Origin: a virus
Taxonomy: Duplodnaviria; Caudoviricetes
DNA: 64,000 bases
Virus record (IMG/VR): IMGVR_UViG_3300044679_000013
Coordinates: 1,816-65,815 of that record
Direction: 5' to 3' (one strand)
Position numbers and translations under genes: made by a program
The notes under the pieces: model-generated
Told to the model about the DNA's origin: nothing
Seen by the model: only the letters and a program-made list of their open reading frames with translations
Databases searched by the model: none
Shown: in pieces, positions 17,929 through 27,760 of the stretch
Position numbering within the stretch: the stretch's first letter is position 1
Layout of the letters: each line of letters begins with the position of its first letter

Positions 17929-20900
17929 TCAGTACATCCTCACAAACGCTGTGGCGCTGGAAACACTAGAAGCTGTTGCCTTGACTACGCCAACACCTTC
18001 ACCCGTGGCGCAAGCAGTTGCACCGTTATCGTGGGCGAGTCCCGCAGAAGATGACGCACAGAGATTGTCGCCAAAGGTCACATTGATCGTGGCGTCGAGC
18101 GTTACAGTGGTTTCGCCGCTAGCAATCCAGGTCGTTGAAGAATTAAAAACACCGACAAAGTTATTGGACGGCGTGCCTGTACAATTTCCGATGACGCTGG
18201 AGGATGTGTAGCAGGCGAGATGTCCGGCAGTGATGGTCCCTGCGGTATCGGTAAACCCAGTGCCGAGTCCGGTACCCAACCCGTTTACTGCTTGATTGGC
18301 AGTGGCTCCGGTAAGTCCACTGCCGATCGGTAAGCCGGTTTCATTCGTTAAAACGCCGGAGGTCGGAGTACCTAAAGCTGAAGTAACGAGCGAGATGCTG
18401 GTCAGGGTTGTGCCGACCGACCAAGTACCCGACGACACTTGCGCTACACCAGTTGAGGAGTTGGTGTTAATCCCGGTTCCGCCATATTGGGCGCTGATGG
18501 CTGTCGCATTCCACACGCCAACATCAATCGCGCCATTGCCTAAGACTTCGAAAGCAAGCGTCCCGCCGCCATTGGTCGTATCTGTGGACGTTACTCCCGC
18601 GTAAGCTTGGATGAATTGGTATCCCGTGCCCGGAGCTGTGGCATTGTTCCAGCGGTTCATCGTACCAACGTAGGAAGTGCTTGGTGCCCACTCACGAATC
18701 GCTTGCAGGTTCGTTCCGTTGGCTTCTAGGATTACGTTTCCGGTTGCTGGTGAGCCAATTGAGGTACAAGGCACGACAGAGCCGAAGACGACAATTCCAG
18801 AGCCCTGAGCGCAGACGGAGAATTGAACATTGTTCGCTGTGCCCACAGTTAGAGCAGGTTGGACGGAAGCGGCGCCTGTGTTGAGTTTTAAGAGTGCGCC
18901 TGTGTCTGTTTCTGAAGCCGCGCCTAGCATATAGAACGTTGGCGTCGATCCGCCTACTGTGGTACTTGGGGCAATCTCCCATGCACTAGTAGAAGTATTC
19001 GTATTCGGTGTCACGCCCGAGAACGGAACTGCAGTTGCCGTGATTGTGCCGCTTCCGGTCGCCCCGAGAGATGCACCCGTACCAACCAGCATGGCCGCTG
19101 TCGTATTTGTTCCTGAAGTGATTGCACTGAAGGCCGAACTTCCGCCGCCAGAGATTGTGTTACACCCGAAAGCTCCCGTAGACGCTGTAAAGGTCACGGC
19201 ATTGGTTGAACTGTGGCAGTCGGTAAATGCCGCAATCGTTGGCACGACTGGCATGTAGGTATTCGTGTTATTGGTGTAAGCAATCCCCCACCAGTTCGGC
19301 GGGATAAGTTGGGTTGATCCGCCGCCCGGATAAATCAAGCCCGAGGCCGGGGTGTAAGTGATCGCTCCTGTCCCTATTGGAAGGAACGCAAAGGTATAGT
19401 TATTCGTGAGCATGTTGGTGCCAGCCCACGGAGTTGCGGAAGAGTAATTCCCAACGATTAAGTGGACATCATCAGTCGCTGGGATTGTGTAAGTTGAGCC
19501 CGATGCCGATTGAAGATCAACTGGGATACCCGGAATTGACCACGCTGGTGCTGTGGCCGATCCGCCAGAGGGGGTGCTTGTATACACCTCTGCGATGCCA
19601 CTAGGCCCAGTAGGTCCGTTTAAGGCGGTTGCTGATCCGCCCGAGCCTCCATAGATGGTGCAACCTAAGATCGTGCAAGGATTCGTAAAGGCGTTCTGTA
19701 AAACAAACTGATCTGTGGCGATTTTGGTCGAGCTGTCGCCGATGCTCTGAGTCGTGCCCGTCGTGCCATTTGCCAAGGCCGTGGACGCCGAGAAAGTTCC
19801 CGAGACAACCTGTACGACACCCGTAGCAGAGCTAAAGCTTGCCCCTAATCCGCCAAGGGTATTCGGGATAATCGGGAGGTCGGTAGTCGCAATAGCTCTG
19901 AAGGCAGGTGCGCCTGCCGTAGCAAATAAGGCATAAGTCGTTACAGTTGCCGCCGAAATGGTCGAAGTAGCCTGTCCACCGCCGCCGATCACAACGGCGT
20001 TGTTTGTTAGCGAGGCTGCGCTAGTGACGCAAGTCGGACAAGCCAAAGCCGAAGAAACAAATGCCAACGGAGAAGTAACGCCGAAGTAAATCGGGACCGC
20101 ATTGCTGCTGGTAGGGTTACCAAAGATCGTGTCGGCGTTCGAATTTGATAGGTTGAATGTAATTACAGCTGCACCAGTCGGGTTGGCAATGGATGTCGTG
20201 AAAATCGGGGCCATTGCATTTCCCGTAATACTGATGCTGCTAACCCCACTCCCGCCTGATCCGCACGTTCCCCAAGCTAAAGCCGCACCTGTGTAGGTAA
20301 GGCATTCTAGCGATACAGGAAGGCTTGGAATTGCCGCACCCAGTAAGTGACTCGCATTGTTTTCCCCACCAGAACTGAATGTTATGATTCCGCCGCTGGC
20401 CACTGTGACCGTCGCACTATTCGGAATCGAAGCTCCGCCAGTAAAAGTTGCGAGTCCAGTTACGGCGAACGTCCCCGGCAGAGACATATCGCCAGAGGTG
20501 TCGAGCGTGGCTGTGGCCGAAGGAGTTTGAGAAACAGTTGTTCCACCTCCGGTCATTAGGGCATTGTTGGTTAGGCTCCCGGAAGATTTGACCGTAACCG
20601 TACCCGTTCCGAGCGGACACCACGTCCAAGCAGACGGTTGGTAACACAAACTCGAAAGGCTTGCAGGGAGGGCGGCAAGGGGAGCCCCGAGCAGATTTGT
20701 GGCATTAATCGTACCGCTGCCCGTCACGCCGAGCGACCCGCCCGTACCGATGAGTAAGGTGTTGTCGTTTGTCCCTGATGTGATTGCACTGAAGCTTGGA
20801 GAGGCTAGTCCCGATCCGCAACCACTTCCATCACCCTTTAGATATTGTCCAGAGGTACAGAAGGCAAAGTTCGCACCGTTGGAATTGAATTGGGCGAAGA

Positions 20901-22635
20901 TCGTCCCATTCTGATAGAGTGCGATGTAGTTTCCGCTCGGAACGCCGATGTTTACGCCGGCGATATGGCTTACCGAACCAGAGGGCACGCCAGCGATGTA
21001 GTTTCCGAGAGTGTCGGTTACGTCCCAGACTTCTTGGCCCCCGCTAAGACTTGGCTGGCCGTGAACAATAACCTCGCCAATATCTGCGCTGTCATCGCCA
21101 ACAATTTCTGCAATATGCCCGTTAGAAAAGAAGTACCCGTTTCCGGGAGAGCTGATATCTGCATACGACAGTGACCCAAGGTAGGTCGATTGGTCATTCA
21201 ATGCCCCAAGTAATAACTGAGCATTTCCCGACCCAAGATTCGCGTTAAATTGCCCTGTACTTGGCAGCGTAATTGTGATTCCGGTTGAGCCACCATCCAC
21301 AATCGGAGAGTTCCCTAGAGTGATGCTTGACCCGCTGAATTCTGCTATCGTTCCCGGTGTACCCGAGCCTCCGATTGATCCACTTCCCCCGCAATACCCA
21401 TTGGCAGCCGTGCAGACATTTGAGCCGTTTAACTGAAGGATTCCGGCTGAAGTCGCTGTTAGTTGGGCATAGTGTGCGACATTTGAGCCGTCTAGTCCCG
21501 TGAGGGTAATTGGCGGTGATCCGCAAGGCCCAGAGGTGCAGTTAGAATTAATCCAGATCGCCGAACCGCTGCTGTTGATAGACTGGCTGGCAATGTAGAT
21601 TCCGTTCAACCACTGTAGAGTCGAAGGAGAAGAACTTTGAATACTTAAGGCCGTCCCGTTATTCGCGGTTCCCGGCATCGTTCCCGAGACTCCATGCGCA
21701 GGACTCAGTGTCAGGTCCAGACAATGAACAAATGAAGGCGTTCCCGAGACTCCGCAATCAACTTCAACACCTTCAACGTTTGAAGTAATTCCCGGCTCAT
21801 CGTTTACAACAAAGTTTGCTCCCCACTCCCCCGCTCCGTTTGCCGTGCCTACGGCTAATCCAAAGACTGCGACTCCATTGCAAGTAGTACGTGACAGGGA
21901 ATTACATCCTGTCGTCATGTACCCAGCTACGCCATTCCCTTGCAACCCCGTCATGCCGGGAGGTAAGGCAATCCCAAAGCTCCCCGCTTCTGTGGCGTAC
22001 CCAGGAAATCCCACATCGTTATAGATATGCGTGGAGATTCCGCCTACCCAGGAACCTAAATACTGATTCATTTGGGTATTCGTGAATGTTCCTGACGCGA
22101 TATTAGAAAGGCTGTCTGTGGTGTAGTTATAGAAGAGACTCGATTGTGCCCCGAAAGCTCCGGCTTTGTTGAATTGGATTTGAGTATCAGAACCACCGGG
22201 GATTCCTCCGCCAGTTCCGGTGCCGGGAAACATCAGAGGCTCTACGTCGGTTACGAGAATCCCTTGCCCGTAAGCCTGGTAATACACATACCCTGCAGGG
22301 GAGCCGGAAGTAGAACTGATATACAGTCTTACCATCCCGAAGCCGTCTGCCAATCCGGGATTTGTGCAACCTACACCATAGGTAGGTCCGAGGATTAACG
22401 GGTTTAGAGTGCAATCGGTCGCCAATGTAATGTCTGAGTAGGTTTGGAGGACGCTCGATCCGCCGCAGGGCGTAGTGGCTGTTGGCAGACTGCTGCAAAG
22501 TGCAATATTGGCCCCAGCAACCGCTACGCCATTCGCCGTCAAGACTGGGAATGAAGTATAGGAAGCTTGCCCCAAGGCAACAGAACTAAACATTGCCACG
22601 GTAGCGACTACGGCCAATTTGTGCATAAGTCTCAT
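17929..22635 (-). CDS. tail fibre/tailspike-like protein with N-terminal signal peptide
   Basis: Signal ...SVALG-Q; then GA.I.LC...YSD...NP..ADG.G..RLY domain resembling virion-anchoring tailspike N-termini; PGGSDTQIQFN and repeated FSAITSGTN fibre motifs. Confidence 0.7.
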   Translation of the reverse strand: MRLMHKLAVVATVAMFSSVALGQASYTSFPVLTANGVAVAGANIALCSSLPTATTPCGGSSVLQTYSDITLATDCTLNPLILGPTYGVGCTNPGLADGFGMVRLYISSTSGSPAGYVYYQAYGQGILVTDVEPLMFPGTGTGGGIPGGSDTQIQFNKAGAFGAQSSLFYNYTTDSLSNIASGTFTNTQMNQYLGSWVGGISTHIYNDVGFPGYATEAGSFGIALPPGMTGLQGNGVAGYMTTGCNSLSRTTCNGVAVFGLAVGTANGAGEWGANFVVNDEPGITSNVEGVEVDCGVSGTPSFVHCLDLTLSPAHGVSGTMPGTANNGTALSIQSSSPSTLQWLNGIYIASQSINSSGSAIWINSNCTSGPCGSPPITLTGLDGSNVAHYAQLTATSAGILQLNGSNVCTAANGYCGGSGSIGGSGTPGTIAEFSGSSITLGNSPIVDGGSTGITITLPSTGQFNANLGSGNAQLLLGALNDQSTYLGSLSYADISSPGNGYFFSNGHIAEIVGDDSADIGEVIVHGQPSLSGGQEVWDVTDTLGNYIAGVPSGSVSHIAGVNIGVPSGNYIALYQNGTIFAQFNSNGANFAFCTSGQYLKGDGSGCGSGLASPSFSAITSGTNDNTLLIGTGGSLGVTGSGTINATNLLGAPLAALPASLSSLCYQPSAWTWCPLGTGTVTVKSSGSLTNNALMTGGGTTVSQTPSATATLDTSGDMSLPGTFAVTGLATFTGGASIPNSATVTVASGGIITFSSGGENNASHLLGAAIPSLPVSLECLTYTGAALAWGTCGSGGSGVSSISITGNAMAPIFTTSIANPTGAAVITFNLSNSNADTIFGNPTSSNAVPIYFGVTSPLAFVSSALACPTCVTSAASLTNNAVVIGGGGQATSTISAATVTTYALFATAGAPAFRAIATTDLPIIPNTLGGLGASFSSATGVVQVVSGTFSASTALANGTTGTTQSIGDSSTKIATDQFVLQNAFTNPCTILGCTIYGGSGGSATALNGPTGPSGIAEVYTSTPSGGSATAPAWSIPGIPVDLQSASGSTYTIPATDDVHLIVGNYSSATPWAGTNMLTNNYTFAFLPIGTGAITYTPASGLIYPGGGSTQLIPPNWWGIAYTNNTNTYMPVVPTIAAFTDCHSSTNAVTFTASTGAFGCNTISGGGSSAFSAITSGTNTTAAMLVGTGASLGATGSGTITATAVPFSGVTPNTNTSTSAWEIAPSTTVGGSTPTFYMLGAASETDTGALLKLNTGAASVQPALTVGTANNVQFSVCAQGSGIVVFGSVVPCTSIGSPATGNVILEANGTNLQAIREWAPSTSYVGTMNRWNNATAPGTGYQFIQAYAGVTSTDTTNGGGTLAFEVLGNGAIDVGVWNATAISAQYGGTGINTNSSTGVAQVSSGTWSVGTTLTSISLVTSALGTPTSGVLTNETGLPIGSGLTGATANQAVNGLGTGLGTGFTDTAGTITAGHLACYTSSSVIGNCTGTPSNNFVGVFNSSTTWIASGETTVTLDATINVTFGDNLCASSSAGLAHDNGATACATGEGVGVVKATASSVSSATAFVRMY

Positions 22636-22643
22636 AAGAGCCT

Positions 22644-23195
22644 TTAGTCAATAATCTGAAACATAGGGCACGTTTGGCCCGTCGTAGAAGCCAAGGTAAT
22701 CGTGAAACTAACCCCTGCAGAAATCGCAGAAATCGTCGGCTCCGAGGTTATTGCCGGAGCAACACATGTAGGCGTGCTCGGCAAATTCGAAGCAAAACTC
22801 AGCCAGGTAAGCTGTATCCTGCTGCTTGCCGTCACCGCGCTTGTATTAATCGTATAAGTCGTTGTAGTTGTCGGAATGACAACAGCACCCGCCGCCGCTG
22901 AACCGCAAGCCGCCGGAGAAGCAGAATTCACCGCACAATTGGAACTTGTCGAGTACGTTGCCGAGGTCACGCCAGTAAACGTTGGCGAACCCGATCCAGT
23001 ACAACTGATTCCGAATACCCCGGTAGCGAATGAGGCTGTACAGCCAGCGGTGAAGTTCAGAGTAATTTGCCCAGTCTTTGTGCCAACAGCAGTCCCGCTA
23101 TTCTGCAATGTGACACGCGATAATCCAGCTACTCCTTGAGCAAAAGCCGGGAGCGATAGAAGCACAAAGACAGCAAATTGGCGAATCGTTTTCAT
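22644..23195 (-). CDS. secreted fibre-like protein
   Basis: Signal ...LPAFA-Q; INTSAVTASSRIQLT motif of fibre C-terminal domains. Confidence 0.65.
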   Translation of the reverse strand: MKTIRQFAVFVLLSLPAFAQGVAGLSRVTLQNSGTAVGTKTGQITLNFTAGCTASFATGVFGISCTGSGSPTFTGVTSATYSTSSNCAVNSASPAACGSAAAGAVVIPTTTTTYTINTSAVTASSRIQLTWLSFASNLPSTPTCVAPAITSEPTISAISAGVSFTITLASTTGQTCPMFQIID

Positions 23196-23196
23196 A

Positions 23197-23679
23197 TCAG
23201 TTCACCGATGGTTCGGGATCATTTCTTATTTCTTCAAGACGCATTTGCACATCGCAGTCTTGGAGTAAAAGTGTTGGTTCGGCTTCCCCGCTCGAATTCA
23301 GCAGAGGAAAGACTTGACCGATCGCTGCGTAGCGATCAAACAGAATCAAGTCGCCCTCTTTGAGGCCCCAGCCGGGAAGTTTCGAATCGGCGGCAAAGGC
23401 GAGAATTCGTCCGACTTCGCTTTTCTCTTTTGCGGAGTCTGGGATGATGATCGAGGAGTTGGATTTCATCTCAACGCGAGTTACGAGCACGCGCTGATTG
23501 AAGGGCTGGCCCTTGTAGAAAACGGATGGGCGTTTTGGTGCAAAGAGGGCCGAATTGTCTACGACGCTTGGGACATCCTCTTCTGCGGCGACGGATGGCT
23601 TTAATTCCCCCGGACCGTAACCCCCTTGAAATGTTGCTTTTGCATCGCCCCTAGCTAATCTGTCTCCCTTTCCCTGCAT
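23197..23679 (-). CDS. groES: GroES/Cpn10 co-chaperonin-like protein
   Basis: P...RVLV.R....SIIIPDSAKEK..VG.I.A......LKEGD.ILF.RYA mobile-loop signature. Confidence 0.8.
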   Translation of the reverse strand: MQGKGDRLARGDAKATFQGGYGPGELKPSVAAEEDVPSVVDNSALFAPKRPSVFYKGQPFNQRVLVTRVEMKSNSSIIIPDSAKEKSEVGRILAFAADSKLPGWGLKEGDLILFDRYAAIGQVFPLLNSSGEAEPTLLLQDCDVQMRLEEIRNDPEPSVN

Positions 23680-23698
23680 TCCTTTTCTCCTTAATGTG

Positions 23699-23707
23699 TG
23701 GTATAGT
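23699..23707 (+). promoter_or_regulatory. extended -10 promoter for the antisense small ORF
   Basis: TG-G-TATAGT, 11 nt upstream of ATG 23719. Confidence 0.55.
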
Positions 23708-23718
23708 TCTTAACCGTT

Positions 23719-23865
23719 ATGATGGTTTTGCTTTTAGCCATCCTTGCCGCTTCCACTGGCGCACTCTCTGTGGCTGAAGCTTGGGCCGAGCGCGATATTC
23801 CGTGGCACTGCGGAAAATATTTCTTACTGTTCTTTACCGGCCTCCTCTTTTTCCTCTTCCGGTGA
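23719..23865 (+). CDS. antisense 48-aa 2-TM membrane protein (candidate superinfection exclusion)
   Basis: MMVLLLAILAASTGALSVAEAWAERDIPWHCGKYFLLFFTGLLFFLFR; own promoter; occupies the gap between - strand genes. Confidence 0.55.
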   Translation: MMVLLLAILAASTGALSVAEAWAERDIPWHCGKYFLLFFTGLLFFLFR

Positions 23866-25221
23866 TCGGTCCAACTGCAAAGCAATTGCTTTCCCTAGTT
23901 GCGGCGTGTAACCAGATTTCATAACTCGAGCCGCAGACATTTGTGCCGTTGGTGAAGCTATTAGCTCTGGCACCGCAATTCCCATCGTTCCGCCGACAAT
24001 GGCTCCCGGAATTCCGCCTCGTTGATAGCCAAGGCCTCCGCCGATTCCGGCACCCGCCAGTGCTCCGGTATGCGCCGACATGCGGTGCATGATTCGTTGT
24101 GCGGTTGGAGCACCATTTGCCAAGATTGAGGCGCGTTGCTTGACGGGAATTAAGCTAGAAATTCTCTGATTTAACTCTTGCGACTCTGGTACAGCCTTAT
24201 CGAGTTCACTATCCAAAGCACCATAGACTCGCTGAATAATAGCTTTAGTCTTATCCTTCTGACCTTCTGTCCAGTTGTCTACTAAATCACCAATGCCCCG
24301 CTTCATCTCCAAGATGTTTTCTGCTGACATCTGCGAAGGGATAGCCTTGCCCGTATAGCGATTTTTAGTTAACTGGTCCTTGACCTCCTGAAGATTCTCG
24401 GCTATTGGACTATTTCTCTTCTGGAATGTGGCGATCTGTGCATCTAAGTCTTGAATTGCTTTGCTGCTGCTGGTCGGGATGGCAGATTTCGCCGCAGCTT
24501 GCTCCAGTTGTCCAGTAAGTGCATGCGCCTTGGCTCCAGCCTCATCGAAAACCGATGCGGGGCGGACACTCTTTAGTTCGTTCAGTGCAGCATCGCCGAT
24601 AGTTCTGCCATGCCCACGCATCCGATTCGTAACGCCCAAAGCAGATTCAGCGATAATCGGCGCTACCTTTTGTAAACCTTGATTGACGAGTTCTCCACCT
24701 GCTCCCGCTTCGGCGCCAGTCTTGAAATTGCCGCCCTGAGTCATATTTCTGACGCCACTTTCGACGGCTTGCGTGCCGAGTTTCGCCAGCGGGATTGCTT
24801 TCCCAGCCTTCGGCAACAAGGCTGCTAAATGCTCTTCTGCGCCAGTGGGGGCAAGCCACTCACCAACTTGCTCACCGCCGTACCCAAGCTGCTGCGCGAA
24901 TCCATGCGGCACCATCGGAGCGGCAGGCGCATTGTTAGCTCCGACGCCAGTTCCAGATAGATATGGCGGGGTAGCGTGCTCTCCGAGAACACCCGCGGTG
25001 TGCATCAAGCCCTTAGCCGCACCTTTGGCAAAATCTTTTGCCGTATCCCAGCCCTGCTCTAGAAGAGAAGGTTCTGGAGCGGCAGTAGAAACAGTGGGAG
25101 TTGAGTTCTTGCTTTTAGCCGCCTCTTCCCACGGATCATTCTCAGCAGGCGCAGTTGTGTTAGTAGCAGTTTGTGCCGCTGCTGGCCGTGAAGCTGCCGC
25201 GTCCTCCCAGGGATCGCCCAT
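23824..25221 (-). CDS. internal virion/ejection protein
   Basis: DPWE repeats at the N-terminus, Ala/Gly-rich helices, C-terminal Gly-rich hydrophobic hairpin; position after nozzle; TAATG coupling. Confidence 0.65.
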   Translation of the reverse strand: MGDPWEDAAASRPAAAQTATNTTAPAENDPWEEAAKSKNSTPTVSTAAPEPSLLEQGWDTAKDFAKGAAKGLMHTAGVLGEHATPPYLSGTGVGANNAPAAPMVPHGFAQQLGYGGEQVGEWLAPTGAEEHLAALLPKAGKAIPLAKLGTQAVESGVRNMTQGGNFKTGAEAGAGGELVNQGLQKVAPIIAESALGVTNRMRGHGRTIGDAALNELKSVRPASVFDEAGAKAHALTGQLEQAAAKSAIPTSSSKAIQDLDAQIATFQKRNSPIAENLQEVKDQLTKNRYTGKAIPSQMSAENILEMKRGIGDLVDNWTEGQKDKTKAIIQRVYGALDSELDKAVPESQELNQRISSLIPVKQRASILANGAPTAQRIMHRMSAHTGALAGAGIGGGLGYQRGGIPGAIVGGTMGIAVPELIASPTAQMSAARVMKSGYTPQLGKAIALQLDRSPEEEKEEAGKEQ

Positions 25222-26699
25222 TACTTTTTCTCCGCAACGGTCCAACCGTCTTCCGCCGCTAGTTTCTTAGCTTTAGGTACATCATTCCCTGCTAGGTCCA
25301 AGTAGTAGTGCATAGTAGAAGTGCTAGGCACTCGGTCTGGACCGTCATCTTCCGCGCCTGCGTATTTAGCCAAGCTTCGGGCTTTTACTACGTCTTGAGC
25401 GAAGCGATCTCGTGCGAGATTGACCATCGACTTCATTTGCTCTGGCCCAAGAGTTACGCCTGACAGATAGCCGTCTTTGTCGAACTTCGCCTTTATATTG
25501 GCTAGCCAAGGCTGGGATTTTTGCGCCTCATCTAGGATGGCCTGAGTGATCCTTGCTCCTTTTTGCAAGCCCATAGTCATGCCGATATGATTAGTTAGAA
25601 GGTTAAGCATGGCCTGCTGATCGTGGTTCTTGAGAGCAGTGTCGAGGCTGCTAGTCATTACGTTGTAGCGTTCGGCAGACGCTAGCGGGTCTGCGTAAAT
25701 CTTGGCTACTTCTTGGCGAGCCTTGATATTTTCCGCTTTGCTCCCTCTGTCTTGGCCTAAGTCGATCTTGACTCCAGCCTGAGTTTTCCCCGTCGCATTA
25801 TTCAATTGCCCAGCAAGTTCCTTGGCGTCGGCATCACTCATGCCTTCCTTGAATACGTCCGTTGGCAAGTGATTTTTAGTCAGAATCGGATTCCAGATAG
25901 CGTTGCGTTGTGAAGCTTGGTCCGCGCTCAGTGGTGGAACCTTGGTTCCCGCAGGTTCTTTCTGGAGACTTGTGATTGTGTCCGATACTTGCCCCACTCG
26001 TGGATCGTCGCTAGGATTTACGTGCTTATCGAGGTCTTCGCTGACGATCCCGGCGAGCACCTGTTGAGGAGTTTCTGGTTTATCAGGCTTGGGATTCTGC
26101 AAAGCAGCCGTCTGCGCTTCTTTCAATCCTGTTTCAGCAGGAATCGCTCCAGTCTGCGCCTGTTCGTGCGCAGTCGTGGCTTCTTTCCCGGCTAGTTCTG
26201 CCTGTTGCGCTTCTTGTTTCTCAGCCTGTCTTTCCTTGGCTTCCGCATTCATCGTTGTTCCGGGAATGGCCGACTCTACTGCTCCTACTGCTGGGATAAC
26301 TTTGCCAACTGCCTGCCCAGCGGTATCTAGCGCTCTCGCGCCACCAGCGCCAATTTCTCCCAATACCCTAAGAATCGGATTGTGGATGTTTTCCGCTTTC
26401 GACCACAGCGAAGCGACTCCGGTTTGAATCGGGGCCGATTTCGGATGTTCGGCGTGCTGCAAGCTTCTATCTTCTAAGTCCTCTGTACTTCCCGGAGTGA
26501 TAGGAATCGCTCTGCCTGAGGGCAAGGGACGTGGGGCAACGCGAGACTCCAAATCTTCCGTGGAACCTACTGGTATCGGGCGTGCGGTCGGTGCTGGAGC
26601 TACAGGCTCTGAGTAGGCAGGGATAGCCCTCCGCTTTAAATCCTCTGGGGGATTCTCATCTTCTACATCTGCTACCGGGATTGGGGTATCGTCTGCCAT
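25221..26699 (-). CDS. internal virion/ejection protein
   Basis: Pro-rich repeats then helical region; TAATG coupling; podovirus gene order. Confidence 0.6.
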   Translation of the reverse strand: MADDTPIPVADVEDENPPEDLKRRAIPAYSEPVAPAPTARPIPVGSTEDLESRVAPRPLPSGRAIPITPGSTEDLEDRSLQHAEHPKSAPIQTGVASLWSKAENIHNPILRVLGEIGAGGARALDTAGQAVGKVIPAVGAVESAIPGTTMNAEAKERQAEKQEAQQAELAGKEATTAHEQAQTGAIPAETGLKEAQTAALQNPKPDKPETPQQVLAGIVSEDLDKHVNPSDDPRVGQVSDTITSLQKEPAGTKVPPLSADQASQRNAIWNPILTKNHLPTDVFKEGMSDADAKELAGQLNNATGKTQAGVKIDLGQDRGSKAENIKARQEVAKIYADPLASAERYNVMTSSLDTALKNHDQQAMLNLLTNHIGMTMGLQKGARITQAILDEAQKSQPWLANIKAKFDKDGYLSGVTLGPEQMKSMVNLARDRFAQDVVKARSLAKYAGAEDDGPDRVPSTSTMHYYLDLAGNDVPKAKKLAAEDGWTVAEKK

Positions 26700-27256
26700 T
26701 ACATTGCCGCGATCTTTGCTCCAGTCAGAGCGCCCTGATTGGCCGCGTTGTACCAGCCGAGGTCTGCGTTCTGTACTGCGCTCTGTGCTCCGGTCCAATC
26801 CTGAATTGCGTTGTTTGAAAGTCCAAGCGCCTGCAGTGCCGCGCTTACATCTGTCCCGTACATCTTTTCCAAGCCTTGCGAACCTTCCTGCTGCTGCTGT
26901 TGTTTCAATTGCTCATTCGCCATGTCTGTATTCAGGACGTTGTTTGATTGCTGCTGCATGGCGTTTCTAGTCGTCGCGTCGATTACCCCCGGAACTGCCG
27001 CAGTGTTGCCTGTACGCGAAGCGTTCAGAGTCGCCGCTTCTTTTCCTGCACCCAATGCGCCTGCAGTAGCCTGACCGCCCTGCGTCTGCATCTGCGACAA
27101 GTCTTGCTGTCCGAATCCTTGCGGATTGGTTAACTCGTTCTGGAGAAATGGCAATTCGGTTGAGGCAATCTGTCCACCTTGACCCTGATAGCCTTCCGAA
27201 TAGTTACGAGCTATGCCTTGATTTGTTTGGGCCGCAGTGCTAGAGCCTTTCGACAT
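26699..27256 (-). CDS. ejection protein (Gln/Ala/Gly-rich)
   Basis: Composition and position typical of first podovirus ejection proteins. Confidence 0.6.
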   Translation of the reverse strand: MSKGSSTAAQTNQGIARNYSEGYQGQGGQIASTELPFLQNELTNPQGFGQQDLSQMQTQGGQATAGALGAGKEAATLNASRTGNTAAVPGVIDATTRNAMQQQSNNVLNTDMANEQLKQQQQQEGSQGLEKMYGTDVSAALQALGLSNNAIQDWTGAQSAVQNADLGWYNAANQGALTGAKIAAM

Positions 27257-27715
27257 TTACCTAGCCGCCTTTCCACGAAAACGCGAGAGGCATTCACCGA
27301 CATTGAGCCAGTAATGAACCCAGAGCGCTTTTCTCCATCCCAAACTCATCAAGCGCCGCCCAAATGCAGGAAATTTGGGGTCGAGAGCTACATAGGCCTC
27401 TTGCACTCCGCTTTTCTTTAGTTTTTCGGCTATGGGGCGGTGTAGATCGGCAAACATTCGCATTCGTTCGCCAGGAGTTCCCCACGTAGGGTCGAAGACT
27501 CCGAAAAGCTGCGCTTCCAGTTGGGCTGCCACCATTCCCACTACTTTCCCCTCTTCCTCAATGACCAGCGCGGCTCTTTTCTTCTGTAATTGGCCCTTTT
27601 TCCGGCCGTGTTTGTGAAACATGTATGACAAATCAGGAAAATCGAACCCGTATCCGGTTCTGCTATAGATTTCTCGCAAAATCGGCACGTCTGAGGCTCG
27701 TAAGTCCCTGATCAC
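27257..27715 (-). CDS. GNAT-like virion assembly protein
   Basis: IRDL...D.P.L, V.EEEG.VVG, RL..LGW motifs; position analogous to T7 gp13. Confidence 0.6.
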   Translation of the reverse strand: MIRDLRASDVPILREIYSRTGYGFDFPDLSYMFHKHGRKKGQLQKKRAALVIEEEGKVVGMVAAQLEAQLFGVFDPTWGTPGERMRMFADLHRPIAEKLKKSGVQEAYVALDPKFPAFGRRLMSLGWRKALWVHYWLNVGECLSRFRGKAAR

Positions 27716-27725
27716 ACGTATCCTG

Positions 27726-27743
27726 TCTGGATTATCTAAACTG
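27726..27743 (-). promoter_or_regulatory. late promoter box (GTTTARATAATCYVGA family)
   Basis: CAGTTTAGATAATCCAGA upstream of gene 27715. Confidence 0.7.
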
Positions 27744-27760
27744 TTTTTGAAGTTTGGAGA

